This document shows, piece after piece, positions 43,148-54,225 of a stretch of 64,000 nucleotides of DNA. The stretch lies in the NCBI GenBank assembly GCA_009859145.1, contig VRVR01000011.1, positions 206,026 to 270,025 of the forward strand, in the 5' to 3' direction. The notes beneath the pieces are model-generated. The model was given only the letters and a program-made list of their open reading frames with translations, had not been told where the DNA came from and searched no databases. The DNA is from Andalucia godoyi And28. Taxonomy: Eukaryota > Protista > Jakobida. A program made the position numbers and the translations under genes. Each line of letters opens with the position of its first letter. Positions within the stretch are counted from its first letter, which is position 1.

Positions 43148-43695
43148 TTTCCTCTCTGTTTGTTTGTTTCTTCTTCTTTAAAAATGACCGTCTCGAGATG
43201 CAGACGATTATTCAACTATAAAAAAAACTGTATGGCACAAAAACAGAGATTCTCAATAACGCAACCTGAAAAAGTAAATAAATAAATAAATAAATGAAAA
43301 AGTAAAATAGTAACACACGAAACGAAACGAAATGGTGAAAAATGTGCGCGTGTTCGTGCGTGAGAAGCTGATAAGGGCGGGAAAAAAAACAGAATATTGG
43401 AAAACAGAGGGACAATTGGGGCAGGGTGTTGGTTTATTTTTGTTTTACGACTGGCGAAAGCGGACAAAAGACTCGAGTTGCAGGCAGTCGCTGGACTGAA
43501 AAAGTTGAGGCTTGAGACTTGAGGAGACCCGATCTGGTCCGTTATGTCCAATTTTGCAAAAGAGAAAAATCGAATTGGTGGTGAGGCTCGTTCGTTTTTA
43601 ATCTGGCTCTTTGCGCGTATGCACACTGAATAATCCAAGGTTGGTGAAAAGAAAAAAAGTGGCGGGGAGTGGAAAAGATTCCAAGAAACCAGAAT

Positions 43696-44574
43696 ATGAG
43701 TTTTGCGATTCTGGGTTCAGTTCAAGACAAGGAAAACGTTCAACTGATGGAAACGACGACGGCGATGATGGATGATTTTATTGTGACCAAGAAGGGCAAA
43801 TCAACATCGAGTGTTGGTGGTGGTGATGAGCCATTGGTGCAGTCGTCTGCGATGGATTTGCAAAAGGCGTTTGAAAAGTTCCGACAAGAGAGAATCCAGT
43901 TGCGAGCAGTCAAGGAAAAGTCGGTGGCGATGCGAAAGGAACGAACGCCAGAATGGATGCAGCAACTGCGAGAAAAGTTCATTGCACAAGCGAAAAAGTA
44001 TATTGGGATTCCGTATCACCCAAGGTATCATTCCAGCCCTGATTCACAGTTCCACAATGCACCGCTCTACCTGGACTGCTGCGGGCTTATTCGGCGCGTC
44101 GTCTGGGACTTGCGAGATGAGTTTGGGTTTTCACTGGGGCGCTGGAATCAAGCATATCAGCTGGATACACTGCCCGTGAAGATTGACGAGGCAAAGGACA
44201 TGAAACCTGGAGACCTTGTCTTTTATTCAGGGACATACTACAATGAGAAACTCAAGCCGCAGATTCATGATTGCGTCCATGTCGAGATCTTCCTTGGCGG
44301 GGAAACGGGAGAACAGACGATTGGAGCGAGGTCACAGACGGGCGCGATTCAGATCCACAATTCTTACAAGTTTGAATCAAAGAATTATCATTCCATCAAG
44401 TTCCACTTTCGATCTCTGGAAACCTGGCTTGCAGGCATTTGCAACTCGTGCTGCGAAGAGCATTCGTGGGCGCGTGTGATTGTCCAACCGTCGAAAAAGT
44501 CCATCTTCTCGATCTCGGATGCAGATGCCTATGCCGCCGAGTATCAATCAGCACAAGACGCTGACCAAATATGA
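43696..44574 (+). CDS. NlpC/P60-like papain-fold protein
   Basis: AKKYIGIPY...LDCCGLIRRV (catalytic Cys), MKPGDLVFY, HVEIFLG (catalytic His). Confidence 0.78.
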   Translation: MSFAILGSVQDKENVQLMETTTAMMDDFIVTKKGKSTSSVGGGDEPLVQSSAMDLQKAFEKFRQERIQLRAVKEKSVAMRKERTPEWMQQLREKFIAQAKKYIGIPYHPRYHSSPDSQFHNAPLYLDCCGLIRRVVWDLRDEFGFSLGRWNQAYQLDTLPVKIDEAKDMKPGDLVFYSGTYYNEKLKPQIHDCVHVEIFLGGETGEQTIGARSQTGAIQIHNSYKFESKNYHSIKFHFRSLETWLAGICNSCCEEHSWARVIVQPSKKSIFSISDADAYAAEYQSAQDADQI

Positions 44575-44967
44575 TCATCGCTCGCCCGCGCTCTCATCAT
44601 CATCATCACTATCACCATCACCATCATGTGTATTTTGGGTGTTTATCTGCCTTAATTAATCTTTCTTACTATGCTTCGGTCCCGCTCACCAGAAACCTAT
44701 CGGTTTCGACAGCATCAGCAATAAAATACTTTTTAAAAATGCCCGCAATCTCCGACATACGCCGCATTAAACGTTTCTTTTGATTTTTTATAATTAAATT
44801 TTTGTTTTTGTTTTTTGATATTTGGTGGTTTTGATTTCCCACCGTGTGATACTCCAATCTCTGTTTTGCCTGTCTGCCGCTGTGACTTGAAAGAAGTGCG
44901 CTGGGTGAGGTTTCCTGGTATTCCCATATCTTGTCCTTGTGTTTTTTTGCTGCTGGTGAACTTTCGA

Positions 44968-46239
44968 ATGGTGAGCCTGAAGAAGAAATTTTATGTTGTG
45001 AACAACAATGGTCAGCAGATGATCATTGACACGCTGACAAGTCTTGGATTTGAGCGGGTTTCAGACAAGGGATCGTCGGATTTTGGAGTCCGCTGGGTCG
45101 AAGTCCGAACGGACATTGACTTTGGCAAGTTTCGGGAAGGCGAGCAGATTGTAAATCACATTGCAAACTGCAGTGTCATTACGACGAAAAACAGCTTGTA
45201 CACAACTCTGAGGACATATGAACGCAGTCGTCGAAAGAAGGAGCCAGATTTCTCGATTTCGTCCTTTATTCCACAAACCTTTCGAATGGACATGGACCCG
45301 GATCGACAGGAATTCCTGCGATTGATTGCATCCACAGAAGAAAAGGAAAAGAGTAAGAAGGGCGAGAGCATTTGGATTACAAAGCCAACATCCATGAACC
45401 AAGGAAAGGGTATTTCTCTATCAAAAGACCTCGTAGAGCTCCAGCGGCGGTTCAAGAGCGGGGGTGGAAAGTATGTTATCCAAAGATATCTCTTGAATCC
45501 CCTGCTGCTGGAAGGCCGCAAGTTTGACATGCGCATTTACATGTTCATCGCTTCCGTCAAGCCGGCGCTGGTGTTCTATCACGAAGGCTACTGTCGACTG
45601 AGCCACTGTGAGTACTCTGCGGACGACTTGGAGAATCCAATGGTGCACCTGACAAATGCTGCCATCCAAAGAAAGCATCCAGAACACAAAGAAAAGGGAG
45701 AAGACACCATATGGACGTTCGCAAAGTTTCAAGCATACTTGGCAGCGAATGCACTCGCGCCTGTCGACTGGGTGCAGAGCTTCATGATCGTACGTTTCTT
45801 TTTCATTTTGACTCTTCCTCTCTTCTTTTCTTTTTCGGTCGTTCCTCTCAAACAGGAACGACGATTTGTCTTCATTATCATGTGTTTGATTTTGTGCTAA
45901 CAGGCAGGTGTCATTCTGTACAACAACGGATAGCCGAAAGTTCAAGATATCATGAAAATCATTTTTGAGGCCGCTCGTCCAAGTCTGGACACGCGTAGCG
46001 GTTGTTTTGATCTGCTTGGTTGTGACTTTATGCTGGACTCGAATCTCAATGTCTATCTTTTGGAGGTGAACACAAATCCCGCGATGTGGACCACCTGCAG
46101 CACGACCAAGGCTCTGCTGCCTCCAATGATCGACGAGACTCTCAAGATCGCACTGGAGATCTTTGACAAGAAAGCGAGTGGGCAGTCATTGTTGCCGCTG
46201 TCTTCTCAAATAGAGTTTGTCGCCATTTGTTCCGAATAA
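44968..46239 (+). CDS. Tubulin-tyrosine-ligase-like glycylase (TTLL10-like); exons 44968-45789 and 45934-46239
   Basis: WITKPTSMNQGKGI, VIQRYLLNPLLLEGRKFDMRIY, HLTN..IQ, FDLLGCDFMLD, LLEVNTNP. A GT-AG intron at 45790-45933 restores SFMI|PKVQDIMK. Confidence 0.88.
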
Positions 46240-46313
46240 TAATAAAACATACATTAAATAAATGTATTCGAGAACAATCAAACGCGGTCTGCTGTGCTTC
46301 TCCCGCTCGCTCG

Positions 46314-48077
46314 TCATGTGTTCTTCAAAGTGTCTGCAAACGGTCGGGTCTGATGATCATCTATAAGGTATCGAAACATGTACGGAATCAGCTGGTTTTC
46401 CATGATCTGGTCAGAATCCAAGGAGAACCGACACCGGTCCTTCATTGCATCCGCTCTCACTTTCGCTGTCTTGGGATGTCTCAACACCCATTCGACGTTC
46501 CTGACAATCTCATCCGGATCCGACTCTGCCCAGTACGTCTTGTCTTCATTCACATACAATTGCTGAGAAAACAGAGGAAATCCACGCTCTTCAGCGGCAC
46601 GGAGATGCCTCATCATCACGGCGGCGAAAGCTTCGGCACCGCTCTTCCATGAAAGACTGCCTTCTCCAGCAGACACCATTGTTTGGTACTTGCCGTGAGC
46701 ATAGGCCTCCCGGAGGGCGTCCGGAATTCCCATGCATGTTGCCAAGAGATCGAAATGCCCGGTATTCGCAGACAGAATTGTCGGAATTCCAGCCACAACC
46801 GTCTCGGCTGCAACTTGGTTAATCCCTCCCTCCGCTCGATTCGCAAACACCGCAGCGCTGATGTACGGGAACACACTTTGGACAAAGTCTTCGGGATTCA
46901 GCGGAGGGAGAACGATGACGTGCGATAACGGGATCCCAAAATCAGACAGCCATTTTTCAAAGAACGCAATGCGTCGTTGGTAGGTCTTGTCTCCAATAAT
47001 GTCAAATTTCTGATCTGAAAAGGACGGGGCAGAAGAAATCCACCTTGAAGACTGTATGTTGATCGTTTCTTGCCAGAAATTCTCCCAAGCCACCACCAGC
47101 ACAATATCTGTCCGCTTTTCCAGGAGCCGACGCATGAACTCCACGATAACATCCTGTCCCTTTCTCACTTCCAGCTTCCCCCCAGAGAACAAAAGGTGCT
47201 TTCCGCTGTGGTACGCCCGTATTATAGCCTCCGCATAGTTTCTGCGATGCATCAATACGAGCACAGGGTCCAGCACGTCAGCAGGCCGCAGAGAAAAGGG
47301 GGCCGCCGATGTCACAAGCGATGGAACCCGTCTCGGAAGGCGCAAAGTCGAAGCAAACAGCTGTGCATCCACGCCCTGATAGATCGTTTGAATTTCTGGG
47401 AACGAGCACTCTTCAGTCCAATACGGTTGTGCAAAGCAATAATCGGTCATATTTTGTTTGCGAAGATAAATCTGCGTGGAGGCGACGAGCGTATTCCAAG
47501 CGGATCCAGAGACCAGCGCTTCTTCTCGCAAGAAGTACTTGCTAACGATTCGATCTGCTCTGGGAGTAACGAAGAAGTCCACGAGCATCTCCCGCACACC
47601 GCGATACTTTGGTGTGTGCAGTCCTTCGGCATGCATGACCGGGAACGGAAGAAACGTTCTGTTTGTGTCTCCGAGCCAATCACGAAACTTTGCCTGGCGC
47701 TTCCACAAGAGCGTTAAAATTTGAGATTTCTTCGTCTCTCTTTCGTACGCAAGCGTTGAGGGCAGGACGTCCGCGAGAAGCACCGGATAAAAGACCTGTG
47801 AAGCCGCTAGTTTGCGAATCAAGTGGAAGGCATACGAGCCGTAGCCAGACTGCTGAAAGGGTTGCCATTCAAACCCAACTGGCATTCTGGTCCCTGCCGC
47901 GGTTGACAAGTCCAGCATCTCTCTGTCCTCCAGTCCCTTCTGTGCCAGCCACCGGACAACCTCCTCTTTGTCCAGAGGAAACAGAAGCTTTTTCAGTCTG
48001 CCAAGGACGTCATATTGCAACATTCCAGCACCCAGAAGGAGTGCCAGCAGTGTAACCAATAGCCTGGCTCGTACCAT
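46314..48077 (-). CDS. GT4-family (GT-B) glycosyltransferase with N-terminal signal anchor
   Basis: N-terminal hydrophobic helix. FSGGKLEVRKGQDV and AVFANRAEGGINQVAAETVVAGIPTILSANTGH (E-x7-E GT4 motif). Confidence 0.8.
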   Translation of the reverse strand: MVRARLLVTLLALLLGAGMLQYDVLGRLKKLLFPLDKEEVVRWLAQKGLEDREMLDLSTAAGTRMPVGFEWQPFQQSGYGSYAFHLIRKLAASQVFYPVLLADVLPSTLAYERETKKSQILTLLWKRQAKFRDWLGDTNRTFLPFPVMHAEGLHTPKYRGVREMLVDFFVTPRADRIVSKYFLREEALVSGSAWNTLVASTQIYLRKQNMTDYCFAQPYWTEECSFPEIQTIYQGVDAQLFASTLRLPRRVPSLVTSAAPFSLRPADVLDPVLVLMHRRNYAEAIIRAYHSGKHLLFSGGKLEVRKGQDVIVEFMRRLLEKRTDIVLVVAWENFWQETINIQSSRWISSAPSFSDQKFDIIGDKTYQRRIAFFEKWLSDFGIPLSHVIVLPPLNPEDFVQSVFPYISAAVFANRAEGGINQVAAETVVAGIPTILSANTGHFDLLATCMGIPDALREAYAHGKYQTMVSAGEGSLSWKSGAEAFAAVMMRHLRAAEERGFPLFSQQLYVNEDKTYWAESDPDEIVRNVEWVLRHPKTAKVRADAMKDRCRFSLDSDQIMENQLIPYMFRYLIDDHQTRPFADTLKNT

Positions 48078-48533
48078 CGTTCTCACATTAGCAGTCTTGC
48101 ATGAACAAAGTATCTCACTGCAAAAGCGAGTGTACAACGATGAACTCCGAGAGTCGAGAGCCAAGAGCCCGAACAACGAGTGAAAGATCCACGCTCCTTT
48201 TTCCATTCATTTTCTTTGTGCATAATGCCACCAAACTTCTGTAGAGGTGCATTACATACCCTGCTTAGTGTGTATGAAGGCGCAAGAGAGAACACGCCGA
48301 GGAAGGAGAATGGCATTGTCGGTCCAGGAATCTTTCTTTATAGACACAATAATTCTATTCCATTCGATACAGTTCTCGAGATCCCAAGTTGCTCCACACC
48401 AGCAGACCATCCACAAAATCCAACAAGTTCTTCATCGTCTGTTTTTTTTCTCCCCCTTCTTCCAACACCACACGTGCTGTCGTATCCGAACAGAAAAAGA
48501 AAGATGTCTTAAAAAGGCGATGTCACGATTGAT

Positions 48534-48959
48534 TTAGGCCTTGGAGATGTGCGACTTGATGAACTGGGCAGCGGGGGTGGAGTCATCACCGAAATCAGTG
48601 ACAACGGCGCAAGAGCACTTGACATTCTTGCGAACAGAGCCCTCGGCATTGCGCTTGGCAAGTCCTCCAAGCTCACCAATCTCGTGCTTTCCAAATCCGG
48701 TGATCAGAGGGATACCGTGGTTCTTGCACAAAGACTCGATGAGTTTCTTGTACGCAGCCTCATCGCAATCGTCGGCAAGCACGGCGAAGATGGCCTCCTT
48801 GCGGTCAAGGGCCTTGGTGGCCTCACGGAGTCCGCGGCGGAGCCCATCGACGGTGGTCGACTTCTTCATCACGTCCTGGAGAGCAGATCGGAGATCGAGC
48901 TCAACGGCAGGGGCGGCAACGGCAACGGCAACGGCAACGGGGGCGGCTTCTTCAGACAT
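48534..48959 (-). CDS. RPS12: 40S ribosomal protein S12 (eS12)
   Basis: ALQDVMKKS...DGLRRGLREATKALD...CDEAAYKKLIESLC...VKCSCAVVTDFG. Confidence 0.96.
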   Translation of the reverse strand: MSEEAAPVAVAVAVAAPAVELDLRSALQDVMKKSTTVDGLRRGLREATKALDRKEAIFAVLADDCDEAAYKKLIESLCKNHGIPLITGFGKHEIGELGGLAKRNAEGSVRKNVKCSCAVVTDFGDDSTPAAQFIKSHISKA

Positions 48960-49163
48960 GGCGGATGTTACAAAAGCACTGAACGAGAAGGGATACACTC
49001 CGAAAAGTTCACTTTTCTTCCTAGCGGATAAGAAAAAGAAAAGAAGAAGAAGAAAAAGAAAGAACGAAACGACGAAAATATCAAACCAAAAAAACATGAA
49101 AGAGCAAGAGACACGAGGAGAGCATGAAAACGAAAAGGGAGGGAAAGGCGATAGCGTTTTTCT

Positions 49164-49198
49164 TAGGGTTTTCACTTTTCAGGGGAACCCTAGGCCAC
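49164..49198. promoter_or_regulatory. Paired telo-box-like motif (TAGGGTTT ... AACCCTAGGCCAC) upstream of RPS12
   Basis: The same arrangement recurs upstream of RPL18 (53942-53966). Confidence 0.55.
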
Positions 49199-49361
49199 CT
49201 CGACCACTGCGACTCAACCTCTTTTTTTTTTTTTTGCGGGTGTGTGTCTTCCCTTTACAGGGAGGGGACCCGAGGAAGCCTCATTGGGAGCCATCATTTC
49301 GAACGAGTGAGAGAGGAAGAAGAAGACATATTTAGTGAGAGATGATGCGTAAAGGAAAAGC

Positions 49362-50582
49362 ATGATGGAGCAGGAAAAAGAATTATCGGTGGCGGAGATT
49401 CCCAAGTTTAGTTCGCCTGCGTTGGAATTCGAGGTTCTTGGTCGATGTGGCCGCCGCGCTCGTGCAAGCCGAATGCAGCTTCCTCATTTCGAGTCGCAAA
49501 CGCCAATTTTCATGCCTGTGGGAACACAGGGAACGATCAAAGGCCTGCTGTCGCAGCAGGTGTCTGCTTGCGAGCCGTTCGTGATTCTGGGAAACACATA
49601 TCATTTAGGACAGAGGCCTGGCGCCGAAGCAATGGGTGCGCTTGGAGGGCTGCATGAACTGATGAACTGGGACCGGGCGTTGCTGACGGATTCTGGTGGA
49701 TTTCAAATGGTGTCGCTGCTTGAGCTGTCCAAGGTTTCTGAAGAAGGAGTGAACTTTACGTCTCCACACGATGGAACCCAAATGATGCTTACACCTGAAG
49801 AAAGCATGCGGATCCAAAACGCAATTGGGGCAGATATCATGATGGTTCTGGACGACGTGGTTCCTTCGACGACCGTGGGAGACCGGGTTGTTGAAGCCAT
49901 GCACAGAACAATTCGATGGGCAGACAGATGCAAACAGGCACACAAACGACCGACGGAACAAAACTTGTTTGCCATTGTTCAAGGCGGACTGAACAATGAT
50001 ATGCGAAAGGAGTGCGCGCGAGAGCTTGTCAAACTCGGATTTCCAGGATATGCAATTGGCGGACTCGCGGGCGGAGAATCAAAGGACGACTTTTGGAAGG
50101 CGGTGGCTGCTGGTACCGAGGAACTCCCAATCAACCAGCCTCGCTACTGCATGGGAGTCGGGTATCCGGTTGATTTGGTGGTGTGCGTGGCGCTGGGCGT
50201 CGACATGTTCGATTGTGTTTATCCAACACGCACAGCAAGATTTGGAACCGCTCTTACGTCGTTTGGCACGCTTAACCTCCGGCATGCCTCCCAGGCTGCA
50301 GAATTCATTCCAATTGATTCTGAATGTGACTGTTCTGTGTGCAAGCGATACACTCGTGCGTTCCTGCACACAATTGCAGGAAGAGACGACGTCGGATGCC
50401 AACTCGTCTCCATCCACAATATTGCATACTTGATGACCCTGATGAAGAACATGCGAACGGCACTGATCGAAGGGTCGTTCCAGACCTTCATCAACACCTT
50501 CTTTAAAAAGTACTATCCAAACAGAGACTACCCGCGATGGTGCGTGGATGCACTTACGTATGCTGGGTTTCTCTTGGAATGA
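49362..50582 (+). CDS. QTRT1: Queuine tRNA-ribosyltransferase catalytic subunit (TGT)
   Basis: TPIFMPVGTQG, ILGNTYHL, LLTDSGGFQMVSL, LFAIVQGG, AIGGLAGGE, RYCMGVG, DMFDCVYPTR, CDCSVC...H zinc site. Confidence 0.96.
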   Translation: MMEQEKELSVAEIPKFSSPALEFEVLGRCGRRARASRMQLPHFESQTPIFMPVGTQGTIKGLLSQQVSACEPFVILGNTYHLGQRPGAEAMGALGGLHELMNWDRALLTDSGGFQMVSLLELSKVSEEGVNFTSPHDGTQMMLTPEESMRIQNAIGADIMMVLDDVVPSTTVGDRVVEAMHRTIRWADRCKQAHKRPTEQNLFAIVQGGLNNDMRKECARELVKLGFPGYAIGGLAGGESKDDFWKAVAAGTEELPINQPRYCMGVGYPVDLVVCVALGVDMFDCVYPTRTARFGTALTSFGTLNLRHASQAAEFIPIDSECDCSVCKRYTRAFLHTIAGRDDVGCQLVSIHNIAYLMTLMKNMRTALIEGSFQTFINTFFKKYYPNRDYPRWCVDALTYAGFLLE

Positions 50583-50631
50583 AAGAGGACAGCAGGCACG
50601 GTGTCTTTCCTGCATGGGGAGGGGGAAACGA

Positions 50632-52026
50632 TCAAGTTCGGAAATGGGGTATTCGGTAGTAATCTAAAAAGGAAATGGCAAGGTCTCGTCCCAGATTGAG
50701 GTAGGATTGTTGGGAAAACGGAAAGGGCTTCCCTCGAGCTCCAAGACTGCAGAAAAAAGACACCTCGAGTGTGTAGCAATGTGCATCGACTGATAAGAAG
50801 TCCCCAATTGCTCGACGACCGGTCCCTGCTTTGGAGGGGTCTTTGCAGAATCGAGATGTCGAGGCGGAGAAGTCGCGACTGTTCAGCGAAAACAGCCTTG
50901 GGAACATCATGTTCTTTTCTCTCTGGGATTCTGTGTCGGCGGTATTGACGTACATGAAGCAGTTCGTTCCTGTTGAGTGCGCATGGATATCGATGAAAAA
51001 CTGCAGATCCTGACGTGGATCTCGGTCGAGAGATACCAAGAGCTCTCGTACGTGGTGCAGCGTTGGGTGGCTCCATTCGTCCCCGGAGAGCCAAAATCGA
51101 TTCAAATCGTGGCCAAGTGAGCTGGATCTGTAGTTTCCGAGGAACACACCGTCTGGATTCAGCATTGGCGCAATCATCCACAAGAAGTTGTTTCGCAACA
51201 GCTCTGCCCGAGAGTCGTTCGACAGCAGAAAGTTGATCAATCCGTGACAAATGTACGACGAAGGCGTTTCACCAGGATGCACTCGCCCTGTAATGAATAT
51301 GATGCGGGGCTACACGTTAAAACCAAAAAGTAATGATTAAAAAAGCAAGAAGGTTTGTCAGCAACCAGCCAAGATGGGAGAATGTACGCATAAACGTGAA
51401 GAAGAAGGACATACTTTTCGATCAGGCAGCATGTTATCCGGATTTGAAATCGCCACCACATCCATGTTTCTTCCGAGAATCGTCTTGCACAGAACGGTGC
51501 GCGAAAAGAATGGAAGCTGCAACCGTTCAATCGAATACAAGAACTTCTGCAAGTACATGTACGTGTACGGGAATGAATAGGCAAACTGATACTCGTCGTT
51601 CTCATTGTCAAAAAGGAAGATGAAAGACAGGACGTATTGTTTCTTATTTCGCGGAGACCGATAATAGAATGCCTGTTTCTCGTGCATTCGAACCCAGTTA
51701 GGCCTGCTTGTACTCCGAACCACGGGCGCCATTCCGAGTCTATACAACGATCTCGTCTTTGAAAAATTCACGACGCTGAAGATCGCCCTTTGGCCAGCCC
51801 GAACGTTCGAAACCTTGAAATTAAACCACAGCCTGTGTTTGGGGTTGTTTGTGTCCGGGCGGATGTACAGCTCGTATTCAAAATCACTCGTTCGATTCAC
51901 ATTCCCAAGATTTCCTGATCAGGAGTCATTTGCAGTTGCACACAAAAGAAATTCGGCAATACACACGCAGCATACTATTAGCATCTTGAACATTATCTTC
52001 AAGAGAGGAAGGAAAAGAAGGGAAGT

Positions 52027-52063
<37 letters not shown>

Positions 52064-52197
52064 CATCTGATAAGGAATACACGCAAGGAGGGCAAAAATA
52101 TCATACCTGATTCATAGTTGGAGTCAAAAATGATCTCACCTTTCTTTGGCTTTGGAGGCTGACGCACCGCTTTCCGGGCACTCGACGAAGAGCTCAT
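50632..52197 (-). CDS. Cytosolic carboxypeptidase (CCP/AGBL4-like tubulin deglutamylase); exons 52107-52197, 51415-51914, 50632-51309
   Basis: Two GT-AG introns join FDSNYESG|NLGNV, LWFNF, FAYSFPYTY, DRK|PRIIFITGRVHPGE, PMLNPDGV, DLNR, DIHAH, TLEVS in a single frame. Confidence 0.92.
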
Positions 52198-52770
52198 AAT
52201 CAGACCAAGAAAGGGGGGATAGCAAACTTCCGAATACAAAGTAGGAGAACAATGAAGAACAATGCAGATCCGAAAGGGAAAAGGAACACTGCGATTTGGA
52301 GCTGGTCTGCAAGCAACAAAAAAGGAGTATTTCCTCTTTCCAGGCAGATGAATGTCCTTACAGTCGAATCGTAGTGGCTTCGTGCGGACTTGTGTCTCGA
52401 CCTCTTAGGCCCTTTGGCACTCGGCACTTTCTGCACTCCGCGCTCTGCAGTCAGCCGTTGCAACTCGCAGTATTCCAGTTCATCAACAAACGCCCCCGCC
52501 CCGGCATGGACTGGTTTGATTTTTGTGGCTTGGCTGTGCACCAGTGCTCATGCCTGCTTTTCTCGATTCACTGAACAACAATACTGTACGGCGAATCTGA
52601 GAAATCGACTCATCAAATCCAAAGGTGGACCAAAATCAGATTCCGCATTCAGCTCGCATTGGTCGACGGTCAGTTGGTCGCCCATCGATGAAGAAAAGAA
52701 GAAAGAGGCGAGTCGTTGGAGTATGCTTTTCTTTTTTACTTGTGAACCTGCGGCAATATCTAGTGATGAA

Positions 52771-53799
52771 TTAAACCTTGTAGCCTCGAGAAGCACGCTT
52801 ACCACGAGCCTGCTCGAACTTACGTCCAGAAGATTCGATATAAGGCCTAGTACAGATAAAGAAAGAAAAGAGTGTTAGAAAAATACTGGACCTTGAAAAA
52901 GACGAGGAAAAGCTCCTTTGCAGAATCAAAGCATAGTCTCTTGTCTTCGTCCCAACATCAAGGGCGATTCCCTCTCCTTTTGGAAACCATTCTAAAGAGG
53001 CGCTGTGTGTCGTTGTGTTGTGGGTGCAAGGGTCAGATAGGGGCGAAATATCTGTCGACATGGTTTGTTCGGATGAACTATGCTTGTTACAATTCAATCA
53101 TCACGCCAATGCACCGCCAGAAGAACAGGAGTGTTCAACAAAAAGAAAACAATTCGACGGAAAACAACAACAATAATAATAACAACAGAAGCAGCGCCGA
53201 ATAGCCAAAGAAGAGAAGGACCACATCCAAGATATGGAAACGAACACGAATGGACACTTGCTATTGCAATGAAAAAAAAACCGTGAAAAGATAAAAAGAA
53301 TATGTGAAACATACTTTGCAGACGAGTTCGGGACACCGGCAGCACCGAAATGCTTGACGGCCTCACGAGCATCGCGGGGTCCACGGAGGAGAACGCAGTT
53401 CGATCCGGTCGGATGAGACAGGGCGAGCTGGTCGAAAGTGATAACCTCTCCACCGGCCTTGACGATACGGGCACGGGCAGACTCGGTAACACGGAGGGCA
53501 CAGACGGTCATCTTGGGGACTTCGAGCAGACGGATATCATCAGTCACGGTTCCAACGAGGACGGCAACCTTGTCTTGCTTGCCTTCCATGAGCTCCGACA
53601 ACCGGCGGAGGCCGATGGCAGGGCGGTTCACGCGGGACATGAAAAGGCGCTTGAGAACGACCTTGTTGAAGCCAGCATCAGTACGGCGAGCAAGGAATCG
53701 GTAAAGCTTCACCAACAGCTTGATGTAGACGTTCTCAGTCTTGGGGGCCTCGCGGTTTGCCGAGGTGTTGCGTCCACCAGCCTTCAAATCAATACCCAT
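52771..53799 (-). CDS. RPL18: 60S ribosomal protein L18 (eL18); exons 53315-53799 and 52771-52846
   Basis: MGIDL...[21 protein letters not shown]...[13 protein letters not shown]|[28 protein letters not shown] intron at 52847-53314. Confidence 0.96.
53029..53108 (-). ncRNA. Intronic box C/D snoRNA, snR60/SNORD80(U80)-like, two LSU rRNA guides
   Basis: Minus strand: C box GTGATGA (53098-53104), guide GCATAGTTCA before D' CCGA, guide TTTCGCCCCTAT before D box CTGA (53033-53036), flanking stem GGTGCA/TGCACC. The guides are complementary to conserved LSU rRNA TGAACTATGC and ATAGGGGCGAAA. Confidence 0.88.
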
Positions 53800-53941
53800 G
53801 TCGATAAATGTGAGGGAAAATACAGAGGTCCACAGAGAAAAAGACAGAACAAACAAAAAAAACCACCACCCATAAAGAGAAGAAGAAAAATCGGCAGAGT
53901 TTTCGGGAGATAGGGAAAAACAATGGGGGAGCCATTGCATC

Positions 53942-53966
53942 TAGGGTTGCGGATAACCCTAGCCAC
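53942..53966. promoter_or_regulatory. Paired telo-box-like motif (TAGGGTT ... AACCCTAGCCAC) upstream of RPL18
   Basis: Same arrangement as upstream of RPS12. Confidence 0.55.
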
Positions 53967-54163
53967 TGTGAAATGCAGAGAAGAAAGAAACCCCCCGACG
54001 CCGACCCTGCCTTTTTCTCCGATCCATTTTGCGGGTCAAACTTTTTCATTACTCTAACAACCAAATTCCAGTCCTGAATTCTACAGCAGTTTCCGTTCTT
54101 CTTGAACAGCTGCTCAAACCCCCCCCTCCCCTCCTCCTCCCCAAAAAAATAGAATAGGAACAA

Positions 54164-54222
<59 letters not shown>
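54164..54222. repeat. (AG)n microsatellite
   Basis: GA run with one interruption. Confidence 0.95.

Positions 54223-54225
<3 letters not shown>

Noticed and set aside
39744-49175. Long N-terminal extensions in the ORF track (e.g. 40272, 40847, 48206, 49175 starts)
   Set aside because: The extensions translate T/A-rich UTR sequence (poly-F/K). Family homology begins at downstream ATGs.
52440-52700. Additional snoRNAs (two TTGATGA boxes on the minus strand at ~52480 and ~52610) or a small spliced gene
   Set aside because: No convincing D box with a >=10 nt rRNA-complementary guide, and I could not assemble a clean spliced ORF.
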